Positions 36,690 through 48,599 of a stretch of 64,000 nucleotides of DNA are shown piece by piece. The first letter of the stretch is position 1, and the number at the start of each line of letters is the position of its first letter. A program made the translations under genes and the position numbers. This DNA comes from Hypanus sabinus (taxonomy: Eukaryota), in NCBI RefSeq assembly GCF_030144855.1, contig NC_082710.1:174778001-174842000 (forward strand), read 5' to 3'. A model generated the notes under the pieces. It was not told the DNA's origin. It made no database searches and saw only the letters and a program-made list of their open reading frames with translations.

Positions 36690-38285
36690 TTGGAAGAACC
36701 CAGCAGGTCAGGCACCGTCCGTGAGAAAAGCGTAGCCAACGTTTAAGGCCAAGACCCTTCGTCAGGGTCAAGATAAAGGGGGACGGGATAAGCATGAAAG
36801 AACTGTAGAGATAAAGGAGCAGAAAGTTGAAAGGGGAGAGAGGCAGAGAGGGACCTGGGATAGGGGGAGGGGGATGGAATTACCTGAAATTGGAGAATTC
36901 AATGTTCATACCTCCAGGCTGGAGTCTACCCAGTCAGTAGATGAGGTGTTGCTCCTCCAACCTGAGTTTAGCCTCATCATGGCAGTAGAGGAGGCCCTGT
37001 ACGGACATATCTAGATGGGAATGAGAGACAGAGTTGAAGTGGGTGGCAACCGGGATATCCTGTCTATTGTGACGGACGGAGCGGAGGTGTTCGACGAAGC
37101 TGTCCCCCAATCTGTGTCGGGTCTCGCCGATGTAGAGGCAGCCGCACCGGGAGCACCGGATGCAATAGACAACTCCAGCAGACTCGCAGGTGAAGTGTTG
37201 CCTCACCTGGAAGGACTGTCTGGGGCCCCGAATGGTGGTAAGGGGGGAGGTGTGGGGACAGGTGTAGCATTTGTGAATGATCCCTGCGAAAAGCTGAGAG
37301 GGGTAGATGTGCTGGGTGGTGGGGTCCTGTTGAAGGTGGCGGAAGTTGCGGAGGATAATGTGTTGGATCCGGAGGCAGGTGGGGTGGTAGGTGAGGACAA
37401 GGGGAACACGGTCCCTGTTGTGGTGACGGGAGGATGGGTTAAGGGCTGAAGTGCGGGAAGTGGAGGAGATGCGGGTGAGGGCATCTTTGATGACGCCAGA
37501 AGGGAAACCATGATCCTGAAAGAAAGAGGATATATGAGAAGTCCTGGAACGGAAAGCCTCATCCTGGGAGCAGATGCGGCGGAGACGGAGGAACTGGGAA
37601 TAGGGAATGGCATTTTTGCATTGGGCAGGGTGGGAAGAGGTATAGTCAAGATAGTTATGGGAGTCAGTGGGTTTGTAGAAGATGTCAGTGGATAGTCTGT
37701 CTCCAGAGAAGGAGACCGAGAGATCAAGAAAATGGAGGGAATGGACCAAGTGAATTTAAGGGCTGGGTTAGAAGCAAAGTTGATGAAATTGATGAGCTCA
37801 GCATGGGTGCAGGAAGCAACACCAATGTAGTTGTCGATGTAGCGGAGGAAAAGTTGGGGAGTGGTGCCAATATAGATTTGGAGCATAGACTGTTCCACAT
37901 AACCCACAAAGAGGCAGACATAGCTGGGGCCCATGTGAGTGCCCATGGTTATGCCCTTGATCTAGAGAAATTGGGAAGAACCAAAGGAGAAGTTATTGAG
38001 AGTTAGAACAAGCTCCGTCAACCGGAGAAGTGTGGTGGTGCTGGGGAACTGGTGGGGTCTGTTATTCAAAAAGTAGCAGAGGGCTTTGAGGCCTTCTTGA
38101 TGGGGAATGGAGGTGTATAAGGATTGAACATCCATGGTAAAAATGAAGTGGTCGGGACCAGGGAATTGGAAGTTATTGAAGAGGTGAAGGGCATGGGATG
38201 TATCCTGGATGTAGGTGGGAGAATCTGAACTATGGGGGATAAAATGGAGTCCAAGTAGGCAGACACAAGATCGGTGGGGCAGAAC
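36690..38285 (-). mobile_element. Penelope-like retroelement (RT + GIY-YIG endonuclease), 5'-truncated and frameshifted
   Basis: MGT.MGPSY.CLFVG, FLRYIDN (YIDD variant), FLDL, YKPTDSHNYLDYTSSHP, then CYTC...HFTC...VVYCIRCSRCGCLYIGETRHRL..EH. Confidence 0.92.
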
Positions 38286-39963
38286 TGAAAATTTACTAGG
38301 TTGCCTTTGTAATCTGCAAAGGACGGATTAGTAAATTTCATGGATTTACAACTTCCTGAGATTAGTGTTTTTTTTGCTCAATTGTTCCTTGCTTCCCCAG
38401 TTTTACAGTCTAGCAAAAGTTTATTTTGTTCAGAAATGACTCGAGGGTGCTTTCAACGCTTCCTTTCAAAAAAAAAAAATCCCTCATCTTCAGGGATTTG
38501 CTCGAGTGTGCTTGGTGATCCAGTGTTACTGAAGAAATCATTCCAATGCCTTGACGGCCTTGTACGGGGGCTGAGTGGTGGGGTGACAATTTCGTGTGAA
38601 CATCCAAATTTAACAGGTGTCGATCGTTTCTACTTTTCTCTTTTTTAGTAATGCCACCAACATCGCGGATATTACCCCAGTATCTCTTCAGTAACAAACA
38701 GGAGAGAATTCCTATCCTCAGGAATACTTCCATTCCATTAAACCTCCTGTAAGCAACTGCCCTGGGTGTCAGTGTCCTCGAGAGAAATGGCGTCTTGTAT
38801 ACACGTACTGTGAACACAAATTAGGAGGAACTTCCTTAGTCAAAGTGTGAATCTGCCGAGGCCCCAAGTCATTGGATATATTTAGGAGATTGGTACTTCC
38901 TTCATTAGTGAGGGTATCAAAGAGGGAGAGAAAGAGAGAGAGAGAGGGAGAAAGCAGGAGAATGGGATTGAGGAGGGAAATAAATAAGCAATAATCCTAT
39001 ACTGAATCAGTATCGATCAGCTCAATGGACTCATTCTGTTCCTCTGTTAATGGGCTTATCGACGGGGTGAGATTTCAGTCAAGGAGTCTATGTACAGCCT
39101 ACAGAAATGCCTGCAAGGCTTGAAATGATTAATACGTAAAAATTCTTTGTAAACTCAACTCAGAAAATGCACACACATTTTCTCATAATCATACAAGTCC
39201 CCCCCCCCTCATCTACCTGTCCAGACCCACACTCCTCACCACAGAGCCGACTGCAACAACCAGTCCTCATTCCCAGCATGTGGGTGTGGAATCCTCCCCC
39301 AAGGCAGCTAATTATACTTTGTCGGGGGGCAATGTTGGAGCTGCTGGCCAAGGCCAACATCACTGGATCTGTCCACGTTGAGGGTTAGTCACCTTCCTGA
39401 AGGACCACAGGCCTTCTGGTAAAGTAATGCCACACGGAACCTGTGAGAGTGGGGAAGTGTTAACAACCAGATCCAGAAACAAGGAACAGTGTAATGGGAT
39501 CTGGGAGGAAGATATCCCTGGGAAAGGGAGCCTGGGGAAGGGTCACCCGATTATATGCAGCAGTATTTTAACACCCATAAATTGGGGAGTTTCAATATTT
39601 GAAATCAAAAGAAAAACATTCCTTCCCAGCTACACTGGTATTTACAAAATTACAAACAATTGAAAAATTTAACAATTTATTCCAAGCAAATATAACAAGA
39701 TATTTAATACTGTACAACATTTACATTCCAAAAGTGGTGACATTAAAAAAATACCCCCGATACAGAGAATTGGATCAAAGGAATTGAATAGTCCAGTTAC
39801 CAGTGTTTACAATTAGAACATCACAGCCAGACTCAGGACATTGACATGACCCAGTGGTGTTACAGTGGAGACTATTCCCAAGAGCCAACATCAGCATCAG
39901 ACCCACTGAAGTGTCCAGAGAGCTCAAACCGAGCAAGCCCCATACTGTCACATTTACAGTCCT

Positions 39964-41886
39964 TTAATCCACCTCCTCAATAGTTGGTCCAGAGGAACTG
40001 GCATTCCCAGCCTGTGCCCTGCATGATTCCCCTGCGCCTGCTCCTTGGTACAGTTTGGCAATGATGGGGTTGCAGACTTTTTCCAGCTCTTTCTGCTTGT
40101 GCTCAAACTCTTCCTTCTCTGCCATCTGATTCTTCTCCAGCCATGATATTGCCTCGTTGCACAGGTCAATAACTTTCCTCTTGTCTTCTGCACTGATCTT
40201 TCCAGCCATCTTCTCATCCTCCACAGAGCCCTTCATGTTGAAGGCATAGGACTCCAGGGAGTTCTTGGCTGCAATCTTCTGCCGCTGCATTTCATCCTCA
40301 TTCTTGTACATCTCGGCCTCCTGCACCATCCTGTCAATTTCCTCCTTACTCAGCCTGCCCTTGTCGTTGGTGATGGTGATCTTGTTTGTTTTCCCAGTGC
40401 TCTTGTCGACAGCAGAGACATTGAGGATGCCATTGGCGTCAATATCGAAGGTCACCTCAATCTGGGGTACGCCACGAGGAGCGGGAGGGATGCCACTCAA
40501 CTCAAACTTGCCCAGAAGGTTGTTGTCCTTGGTCATGGCTCTCTCGCCTTCATACACCTGAATAAGGACACCAGGCTGGTTATCGGAGTAGGTGCTGAAG
40601 ATCTGGGTCTGCTTGGTGGGGATGGTGGTGTTCCGCTTGATAAGGGTGGTCATGACTCCACCTGCCGTCTCCAGCCCCAACGACAGAGCAGCAACATCCA
40701 GGAGTAGCAGATCCTGAACATTCTCCGACTTGTCCCCCATCAGAATGGCCGCCTGGACAGCTGCCCCATAGGCCACGGCCTCATCGGGGTTGATGCTCTT
40801 GTTCAGCTCCCTACCGTTGAAGAAATCTTGCAGCAGCTTCTGGATCTTGGGGATGCGGGTGGAGCCTCCGACCAGGACAATCTCATGGATCTGGGATTTG
40901 TCCAGCTTGGCATCCCTCAGGGCTTTCTCCACTGGCTCCAGAGTGCCCCTGAACAGGTCAGAGTTCAGCTCCTCAAACCGAGCCCTGGTGATTGAGGTGT
41001 AGAAATCAACACCCTCAAACAGAGAGTCAATCTCAATACTGGCTTGGGTGCTGGAAGACAGAGTTCTCTTTGCTCTCTCGCAGGCCGTCCGCAGCCTCCT
41101 CACGGCTCTCTTGTTCTGGCTGATGTCCTTCTTGTATTTCCGCTTGAACTCCTCAATGAAGTGATTGACCATGCGGTTGTCAAAGTCCTCTCCTCCCAGG
41201 TGGGTATCACCGGCTGTCGATTTCACTTCAAAGATCCCGTCATCAATGGAGAGAATGGAGACGTCGAAGGTGCCACCACCCAGGTCAAAGATGAGAACAT
41301 TACGCTCCCCTTTGCCTTTCTTGTCCAGGCCATAGGCAATGGCAGCTGCTGTCGGTTCATTGATGACACGCAGGACATTGAGACCCGCTATCACACCAGC
41401 ATCTTTGGTTGCCTGGCGCTGGGAGTCATTGAAGTAGGCAGGAACGGTAACGACAGCGTTGGTGACATTGTGGCCGAGATAAGCCTCAGCAATCTCCTTC
41501 ATCTTGGTCAGCACCATGGAGGAGATTTCCTCTGGGGAAAAGGTCTTGTTCTCCCCCTTGTACTCCACCTTCACCTTGGGCTTCCCTCCGTCACTCACCA
41601 CCTGGAAGGGCCAGTGCTTCATGTCAGACTGCACCGTCGGGTCATCAAACCTCCTCCCGATGAGCCGCTTGGCATCAAAGATGGTGTTGGCGGGGTTCAT
41701 TGCCACTTGGTTCTTGGCCGCATCGCCGATGAGCCTCTCGGTGTCGTTGAAGGCCACATAGCTGGGGGTGGTGCGGTTGCCCTGGTCGTTGGCGATGATC
41801 TCCACCTTGCCATGCTGGAAGACCCCCACACAGGAGTAGGTGGTGCCCAGATCGATCCCGATGGCTGTCCCCTTGGATGCAGGCAT
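39964..41886 (-). CDS. hsp70: Heat shock 70 kDa protein, inducible-type intronless copy D (640 aa, closest to consensus)
   Basis: Complete ORF, all HSP70 signatures, ends GPTIEEVD. Confidence 0.98.
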   Translation of the reverse strand: MPASKGTAIGIDLGTTYSCVGVFQHGKVEIIANDQGNRTTPSYVAFNDTERLIGDAAKNQVAMNPANTIFDAKRLIGRRFDDPTVQSDMKHWPFQVVSDGGKPKVKVEYKGENKTFSPEEISSMVLTKMKEIAEAYLGHNVTNAVVTVPAYFNDSQRQATKDAGVIAGLNVLRVINEPTAAAIAYGLDKKGKGERNVLIFDLGGGTFDVSILSIDDGIFEVKSTAGDTHLGGEDFDNRMVNHFIEEFKRKYKKDISQNKRAVRRLRTACERAKRTLSSSTQASIEIDSLFEGVDFYTSITRARFEELNSDLFRGTLEPVEKALRDAKLDKSQIHEIVLVGGSTRIPKIQKLLQDFFNGRELNKSINPDEAVAYGAAVQAAILMGDKSENVQDLLLLDVAALSLGLETAGGVMTTLIKRNTTIPTKQTQIFSTYSDNQPGVLIQVYEGERAMTKDNNLLGKFELSGIPPAPRGVPQIEVTFDIDANGILNVSAVDKSTGKTNKITITNDKGRLSKEEIDRMVQEAEMYKNEDEMQRQKIAAKNSLESYAFNMKGSVEDEKMAGKISAEDKRKVIDLCNEAISWLEKNQMAEKEEFEHKQKELEKVCNPIIAKLYQGAGAGESCRAQAGNASSSGPTIEEVD

Positions 41887-41988
41887 CTGTGTTTCTGATG
41901 AAAGCTCCGACGTTCCTTATTGAAATACCAGAAGGACTTCCTTGCTTCTCCAAGCCGATCGTTACTGCATGGCTTGTGGCTCCGTCCC

Positions 41989-42167
41989 TTAATATAGTCC
42001 CAGCGCGGCTATGTGGGCGGTGCTTCGTTCTTGAGGGGCGTCTAGGTAAACCAATGAAAACGCGGGCGAGTGACTCACCGCCGAAGGTTGGAGAAGGTTC
42101 CGAGGCGGCGGCCAATGACAGCGCTGCTAGTCCGAGACTTGCCGGGGCTTCGCGAAAATTCTGGAAA
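41989..42167 (-). promoter_or_regulatory. Heat-shock promoter of copy D: TATA, CCAAT, two HSEs
   Basis: TATATTAA 41989-41996; HSE 42082-42101; perfect 4-unit HSE 42148-42167. Confidence 0.9.
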
Positions 42168-42220
42168 TAGCGAGGAAGATCTGGGGCAGTCAGGGAGGTT
42201 CCGGCAGAAACTGAGTCATT

Positions 42221-44343
42221 ATAACCATATAACAATCACAGCACGGAAACAGGCCATCTTGGCCCTCCTAGTCCGTGCTGAACTCTTAATCTCACCTAGT
42301 CCCACCTACCCGCATTCAGCCCATAACCCTCCACTCCTTTCCTGTCCATATACCTATCCAATTTTACCTTAAATGACACAACTGAACTGGCCTCTACTAC
42401 TTCTACAGGAAGCTCATTCCACACAGCTATCACTCTCTGAGTAAAGAAATACCCCCTTGTGTTTCCCTTAAACTTCTGCCCCCTAACTCTCAAATCATGT
42501 CCTCTCGTTTGAATCTCCCCTACTCTCAATGGAAACAGCCTATTCACGTCAACTCTATCTATCCCTCTCAAAATTTTAAATACCTCGATCAAATCCCCCC
42601 TCAACCTTCTACGCTCCAATGAATAGAGATCTAACTTGTTCAACCTTTCTCTGTAACTTAAGTGCTGAAACCCAGGTAACATCCTAGTAAATCGTCTCTG
42701 CACTCTCACTAATTTATTGATATCTTTCCTATAATTCGGTGACCAGAACTGTACACAATATACCAAATTTGGCCTTACCAATGCCTTGTACAATTTTAAC
42801 ATTACATCTCAATGCTTTGATTTATAAAGGCCAGCGTTCCAAAAGCCTTCTTCACCACCCTATCTACATGAGACTCCACCTTCAGGGAACTATGCACTGT
42901 TATTCCTAGATCTCTCTGTTCCACTGCATTCCTCAATGCCCTATTTGGATTATTCCTGCCAAAATGTAGAACCTCACACTTCTCAGCATTAAACTCCATC
43001 TGCCAACGTTCAGCCCATTCTTCTAACTGGCATAAATCTCCCTGCAAGTTTTGAAAACCCACCTCATTATCCACAACACCTCCTACCTTAGTATCATCGG
43101 CATACTTACTAATCCAATTTACCACCCCATCATCCAGATCATTTCTGTATATTACAAACAACATTGGGCCCAAAACAGATTCCTGAAGCACCCCGCTAGT
43201 CACCGGCCTCCATCCCGATAAACAATTATCCACCACTACTCTCTGACATCTCCCATCTAGCCACTGTTGAATCCATTTTATTACTCCAGCATTAATACCT
43301 AACGACTGAACCTTCTTAACTAACCTTCCATGTGGAACTTTGTCAAAGGCCTTGCTGAAGTCCATATAGACTACATCCACTGCCTTACCCTCGTCAACAT
43401 TCCTCGTAACTTCTTCAAAAAATTCAATGTTTGTCAAACATGACCTTCCACGCACAAATCCATGCTGGCTACTCCTAATCAGTCCTGTCTATCCAGATAA
43501 TTATTAATACTATCTCTAAGAATACTTTCCATTAATTTACCCACCACTGATGTCAAACTGACAGGTCTATAATTGCTAGGCTTCCTTCTAGAACCCTTTT
43601 TAAACAATGGAACCACATGAGCAATACACCAATCCTCCGGCACAATCCCCGTTTCTAATGACATCTTAAAGATCTCCGTCAGAGCTCCTGCTATTTCTAT
43701 ACAAACTTCCCTCAAGGTCCTGGGGAATATCCTGTCAGGACCCGGAGATTTATCCACTTTTAAATTTCTTAAAAGCACCAGTACTTTCACCTCTTTAATT
43801 GTCATAGGTTCCATAATTTCCTTACTTGTTTCCCACACCTTACACAATTCAATATCCTTCTCCTTAGTGAATACCGAAGAGAAGAAATCGTTCAAAATCT
43901 CTCCCATCTCCCTCGGCTCCACACATAGCTGACTACCCTGATTCTCTAAGGGGCCAATTTTATCCCTCACTATCTTGCTTTCAATATAACTGTAGAAACC
44001 TTTCGGATTTACTTTCACCTTATTTGCCAAACCAACCTCGTATTTTCTTTTAGCTTTTCTAATATCTTTCTTAAGATTCCTTTTACATTCTTTATATTCC
44101 TCGAGCAATTCCTTTACTCCATGCTGCCTATATCTATTGTAGACATCCCTCTTTTTCCGAACCAAATTTCTAATATCCCTTGAAACCTTTAACCTTTCCT
44201 TTCAACCTAACAGGAACATAAAGATTCTGTACCCTCATAATTTCACCCTTATATGACCTCCATTTCTCTATTACATCCGTCCCATAAAACAACTTGACCC
44301 AATCCAATCTCTCTAAATCCCTTCGCATCTCCTCAAAGTTAAC
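42221..44343 (-). mobile_element. CR1-type LINE, 5'-truncated (~2.1 kb), inserted just upstream of the copy D HSE
   Basis: RT in three frameshifted ORFs (KSPGPD, NYRPVSLTS, YMDFSKAFDKV, KYADDTK, YCVQFWSP); flanked by CATT on both sides; empty site gagtcattcaggaacc present in copy C. Confidence 0.95.
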
Positions 44344-44823
44344 CATTCAGGAACCCTTTGAAACACTTGTTAAACTGTACAAAACAAGCAATATTGCACC
44401 TCTTCCAAAAGTTCCCTCCACGCAAGAAAAAGTCTCAAGCACCTTCTGGGGAGGGAATTCTCTGGCCTTAAGGGACGAAGCGAGAAAACAAGGAACGACA
44501 GCTCTGGGTAATACCTGCATGACTAAATTAGCAACAGAACAAACACTTAAGTAAGGATAGCCCAGAATGTCAGAGTTTGTGACATTTAATTTTGACAAAA
44601 GGAATTTTGTGGTGTTGGCGACCAGAACAGGGCGGGACACGGAGTTTAAAAAAGAATTTTTAGGCTGACAGAAGTGATGAAGTTTGCGCGGGTTCTTTTG
44701 TTTCGGTATAAATATACAGGTTCAAATGTCAGAAATACTCCTTTTGCAGCCCAGTACAGTACACTACAAGGAGAGTTGACTTAAACAGGTTTAAATAAAT
44801 TATCCGTAAGGCAGCGATGTTAG

Positions 44824-45593
44824 TGTTATGATAATAATGTTAGTGGATGAACAGCTCTGATGGGCAGAAGGGTACAGAGTTGCCCATATCCCCCCCCCCG
44901 GGAGAATCACAAACTGTTACTGTTACCATGCTGCTAATGAGAGAGAAAGAGAGACAAAGGGAAAACATAATGGGACTGGAATATCTGCTTCAGACAAGGG
45001 AGAGATTACACCGGGAGAGAGAGACTTGTTTACCCACCATATTATGACTCCTGTAAGACTTATGGCTTCGGAGAGGGCTGTTTACTTGGTACCATTCTGT
45101 TCCTTAAAATTCCTCAGTGGACAGCCGGAGTGGGCTGGTTTGATGGACTAAACCATTCAAAACTGATTGACACCTGAGACCCAGTGAATAGGGATAAAAG
45201 TGAGGTGTGGCGAGACACCCCTCAGACACACCAGGAGACACACCAGTGAGCACTGCTTGAGTGTTGGAACCCACGGGAAGGTGTGGGGTATCAGGGACCG
45301 AACAAAGGATCGGTCAGTTTAACTCAGTGTTTATAGCAGGGCCGGTGGGGGCTTGTGTGTGTGTCCACCCTTGCCTGGGTGACGAGTCCACCACAGAAGA
45401 ACGGTCTAGCTGAAGGACAGAGGGGTCATAGCTGAATGGGCACAACACATCGACGGATCAAGAACGTAAAGGAAGGTTTGACTGACTTTAGCTGTCACCG
45501 TTCGTTTTTCTCTCTCTCTCTCTCTCTCTCTCTCCCTCCCTCCCTCCCTCCCTCCCTCCCTCCCTCCCCCTATTGCAGCTCTCGTATAATACA
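44824..45593 (+). mobile_element. LTR-like element (tentative)
   Basis: TGTTATG start, possible ACA end, TATA-like gataaaag near 45193, pyrimidine tract near the end; no matching target-site duplication found. Confidence 0.35.
45509..45570 (+). repeat. (CT)n/(CCCT)n microsatellite
   Basis: Directly visible. Confidence 0.95.
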
Positions 45594-45683
45594 TTGCAAA
45601 GAGAAGGTGACATAATCAAGTTAAAATTTTTTATCCGTAACGCTGCCATGTCAGTGTTATCAGATCCTCCCAGAGTCTTCACG

Positions 45684-45738
45684 AGATCTATCTCGCCACC
45701 TCCAGAGTTTTCGCGAAGCCCCGTCGGCTCCCAGCGCT
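45684..45738 (+). promoter_or_regulatory. Orphan, inverted remnant of the HSP70 distal HSE region
   Basis: agatctatctcgccacctccagagttttcgcgaagccccg aligns with the reverse complement of the C/D promoter, agatcttcctcgctgtttccagaattttcgcgaagccccg. Confidence 0.75.
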
Positions 45739-45949
45739 ACTACCCATGTAGTGTCGGTTATGAAACCAACATCGAGTGTCTGCATGGTGTGGGGATAATA
45801 TTGTTGTTCAGATTTATATAATGACAAGTTAGGAATGGAAAGCCCCCTCTCCCCCTCCTACTTTCAAATCCCTTACTATCTTTTCTTTCAGTTAGTCCTG
45901 ACAAAGGGTCTCGGCCCGGATGAGAATCGGGTCTGTCAAAGACGTACAC

Positions 45950-46808
45950 TTCAGTATAGGATTATTGCTTATTTATTTTCCTCCTCAATCCCATTCTCCT
46001 GCTCTCTCCCTCTCTCTCTTTCTCTCCCTCTTTGATACCCTCACTAATGAAGGGAGTACCAATCTCCTAAATATATCCAATGACTTGGGGCCTCGGCAGA
46101 TTCACACTTTGACTAAGGAAGTTCCTCCTAATTTGTGTTCACAGTACGTGGAAACAAGACGCCATTTCTCTCGAGGACACTGACACCCAGGGCAGTTGCT
46201 TACAGGAGGTTTAATGGAATGGAAGTATTCCTGAGGATAGGAATTCTCTCCTGTTTGTTACTGAAGAGATACTGGGGTAATATCCGTGATGTTGGTGGCA
46301 TTACTAAGAAGGAGAAAAGTACAATTGACACCTGTTAAATTCGGATCCTTACACGACAGAGCCACCCCACCACTCTGTCCCCAGACGAGGACAACCTATA
46401 GGGGGCCGTCAAGGCATTGGAATGATATCATCAGCAATACTGGATCAACACACAGACTTGAGCAAATTCCTGAAGCTGAGGGTTTTTTTTAAAGGAAGCA
46501 TTGAAAACGGCCTACAAGAAGGGTGAGAGCTGTCCCTATTTCCTGAGGAGACTGAGGTCCTTTAACATCCGCCGAACGATGCTGAGGATGTTCTACGAGT
46601 CTGTGGTGGCCAGTGCTATCATGTTTGCTGTAGTGTGCTGGGGCAGCAGGCTGAGGGTAGCAGGCACCAACAGAATCAACAAACTCATTCGTAAGGCCAG
46701 TGATGCTGTGGGGGTGGAACTGGACTCTCTGACGGTGGTGTCTGAAAAGAGGATGCTGTCCAAGTTGCATGCCATTTTGGACAATGACTCCCATCCACTC
46801 CATAATGT
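45950..46808 (+). repeat. Inverted copy of the HSP70 downstream flank (21860-22714; 38445-39006), including the Rex1 fragment
   Basis: Mirrored ORFs 46135/22334/38410, 46286/22165, 46501/21794. Confidence 0.93.
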
Positions 46809-47135
46809 ACTGGTTAGGCACAGGAGTACATTCAGCCTGAGACTGCAACACTGAGCGTCTAAGGAAGTTATTTTGCTATATTTCTACTGTATTCTGGGTT
46901 GGTGCGACAGTAACGAAACCCAAATTCCTTCGGATCAATAAAATATGTCTGTCCGTCAAAATCAGCCCCGAGTCTTCCTCCACAAAATAAGCTTCTTATG
47001 ACCCTTAAAACGGAGTTGATACTTGCAGGAGTAGAAGACAGAAAACCAAGCAAAAACGCGTTTATTCGTTAAGTGCTTATAACAGACGCAATTAAAGAAA
47101 CCATGAAACGTTATTTCTGCTTTTATATCGAAAAA

Positions 47136-47299
47136 CAGGGGAGAGCGCGAACGCAGTCCCCCACTACCACAAATTTTGCAGTCGAGTATCCCGCATTTGG
47201 GGACATCGCAGGCGTCAGCACACCCGAAGTGCAATGGGATAGCCTCGTCCTGGGAGAACCGCCTTCATGATCACGGTCTCTCCCCTGCCAGGTAAGTAT
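47136..47299 (-). ncRNA. RNU1: U1 spliceosomal snRNA (copy b, 164 nt)
   Basis: Same sequence as copies a and c; 3'-box-like ATAAAAGCAGA downstream. Confidence 0.98.
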
Positions 47300-47339
47300 G
47301 CTTTCTCCTCCCGCTCGCTCCCTGCCAACCAGTAACATT

Positions 47340-47497
47340 ACACCTTTACATCACCGCGAACCAGATCTTTCACCCATTATTTGGCTTTTACTTGCTACCA
47401 ACCGCCCAGAAAACAATTCACCTCTGCTACAATTTCTTTATTTGCCACTTCTGCTTTTAAAACCCTTCTTGCTGCTCACTCGATGCTTCATTTGCAT
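47340..47497 (-). promoter_or_regulatory. U1 copy b promoter: PSE and perfect octamer
   Basis: Minus strand TCGCGGTGATGTAAAGGTG at about -60 to -42; ATGCAAAT at 47490-47497 (about -195). Confidence 0.75.
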
Positions 47498-47779
47498 TTC
47501 TTCCTTATAAGGAAGCAGAGCTCGCCGGCTGCCGGTCCGCAATTTGTGAACTCCGCCCCTGGGTGTTACCTCGCATTTGCGGGCGGGAGGACGTTTTAAG
47601 GAAAAGAGGGAGTCCTTTCGCTTACTTACATCGTGGCTGACCGGAAGAGAAGGGGGGCGAAGGCGAGCGACCCTGATGAAGGGTCTCGCCCTGAAATCTG
47701 AATTCTTTGATCAGAAATCATCCTCTGACTGTGTTGGTCGTTCAAACAAATGGCCCATTTCACTTATGTTTCAGCGTTA

Positions 47780-48595
47780 TTCGGTCATAGAGAAGGCCCT
47801 TCGTCCCATCTAGACAATACTGAAAACTTTTAAGCTGCGTACTTCCTATCGACCTGCACTGGGACCATAGTCCTCCATATCCCTACTATCCACGAAGGTG
47901 TGCTGGCAGCTCATTCCACACCCTCAGGGACCTCTGAGTGAAGAAGTTTCCTCTCATGTTACCCTTAAACTTCCACCTTTCACCCTTAACCCATGACCTC
48001 TGGTTGTAGTCCCACCCAACCTCAGTGGAAAAATTCAACCCCTTACCGATCAATACCCCTTGGGATTTTATATACCTCTGTTAAATCTCTTCAGCATCTT
48101 CTATGTTCTAGAGAATACAGTTCTAACCTATTCAATCTTCCCTTATAATGCAGTTCCTCCTCAACAACATCCTTGTAAATGTTCTCTACACTATTTCAAC
48201 CTTATTTACACCTTCCTTGTAGGTAGATGATGAAAACTACACATATTACTCCAAATTAGGGCTCACCAATGTCTTATGCAACTTTAACATAACATCCCAT
48301 CTCCTGTACTCAATACAAAAGTATTATGATGGCCAGTGTTCCAGAGGCCTGGCAATTAAGAACTTTACGACCCTATCTATCTGTGATGCCACTTTCAATA
48401 GATTATAGATTCTGAGATCCCTTTGTTCTACCACACTCCTCAATACCCAACCATTCACTGCGTAAGGCCTACCCTAGTTGGTCCTACCAAAATGCCAAAC
48501 GTCACACTTGCCTGCGTTGAATTCTGTCTGTCATTTTTCAGCCCATCTTTCTAGCCGATGCAGATCCCTCCAGAAGCCCTGGTAGACTTCCTCAC
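47780..48595 (-). mobile_element. CR1-type LINE 3' fragment
   Basis: Similar to the 3' part of the CR1 at 42221-43100 (agctcattccacac...gagtgaagaagtttcc, ttcagcccatctttctagcc...agatccctc). Confidence 0.7.
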
Positions 48596-48599
48596 TGAC

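Larger units (their letters stand above)
38445..42220 (-). repeat. Direct segmental duplicate of 22170-25941 (HSP70 unit with 3' flank and promoter); homology resumes at 44344-44720 after the CR1 insertion
   Basis: Near-identical 3' UTR, downstream flank and promoter; offset 16279 across CDS and promoter. Confidence 0.93.

Noticed and set aside
14630-41886. Assigning HSPA1A/HSPA1B/HSPA1L symbols to individual copies
   Set aside because: Gene conversion and lineage-specific duplication prevent one-to-one orthology calls from sequence alone
41044-41898. Long antisense ORFs opposite the HSP70 genes (284 aa here and at 24765; 236 aa at 15827)
   Set aside because: Known by-product of HSP70 codon usage; non-ATG starts and no independent promoter evidence
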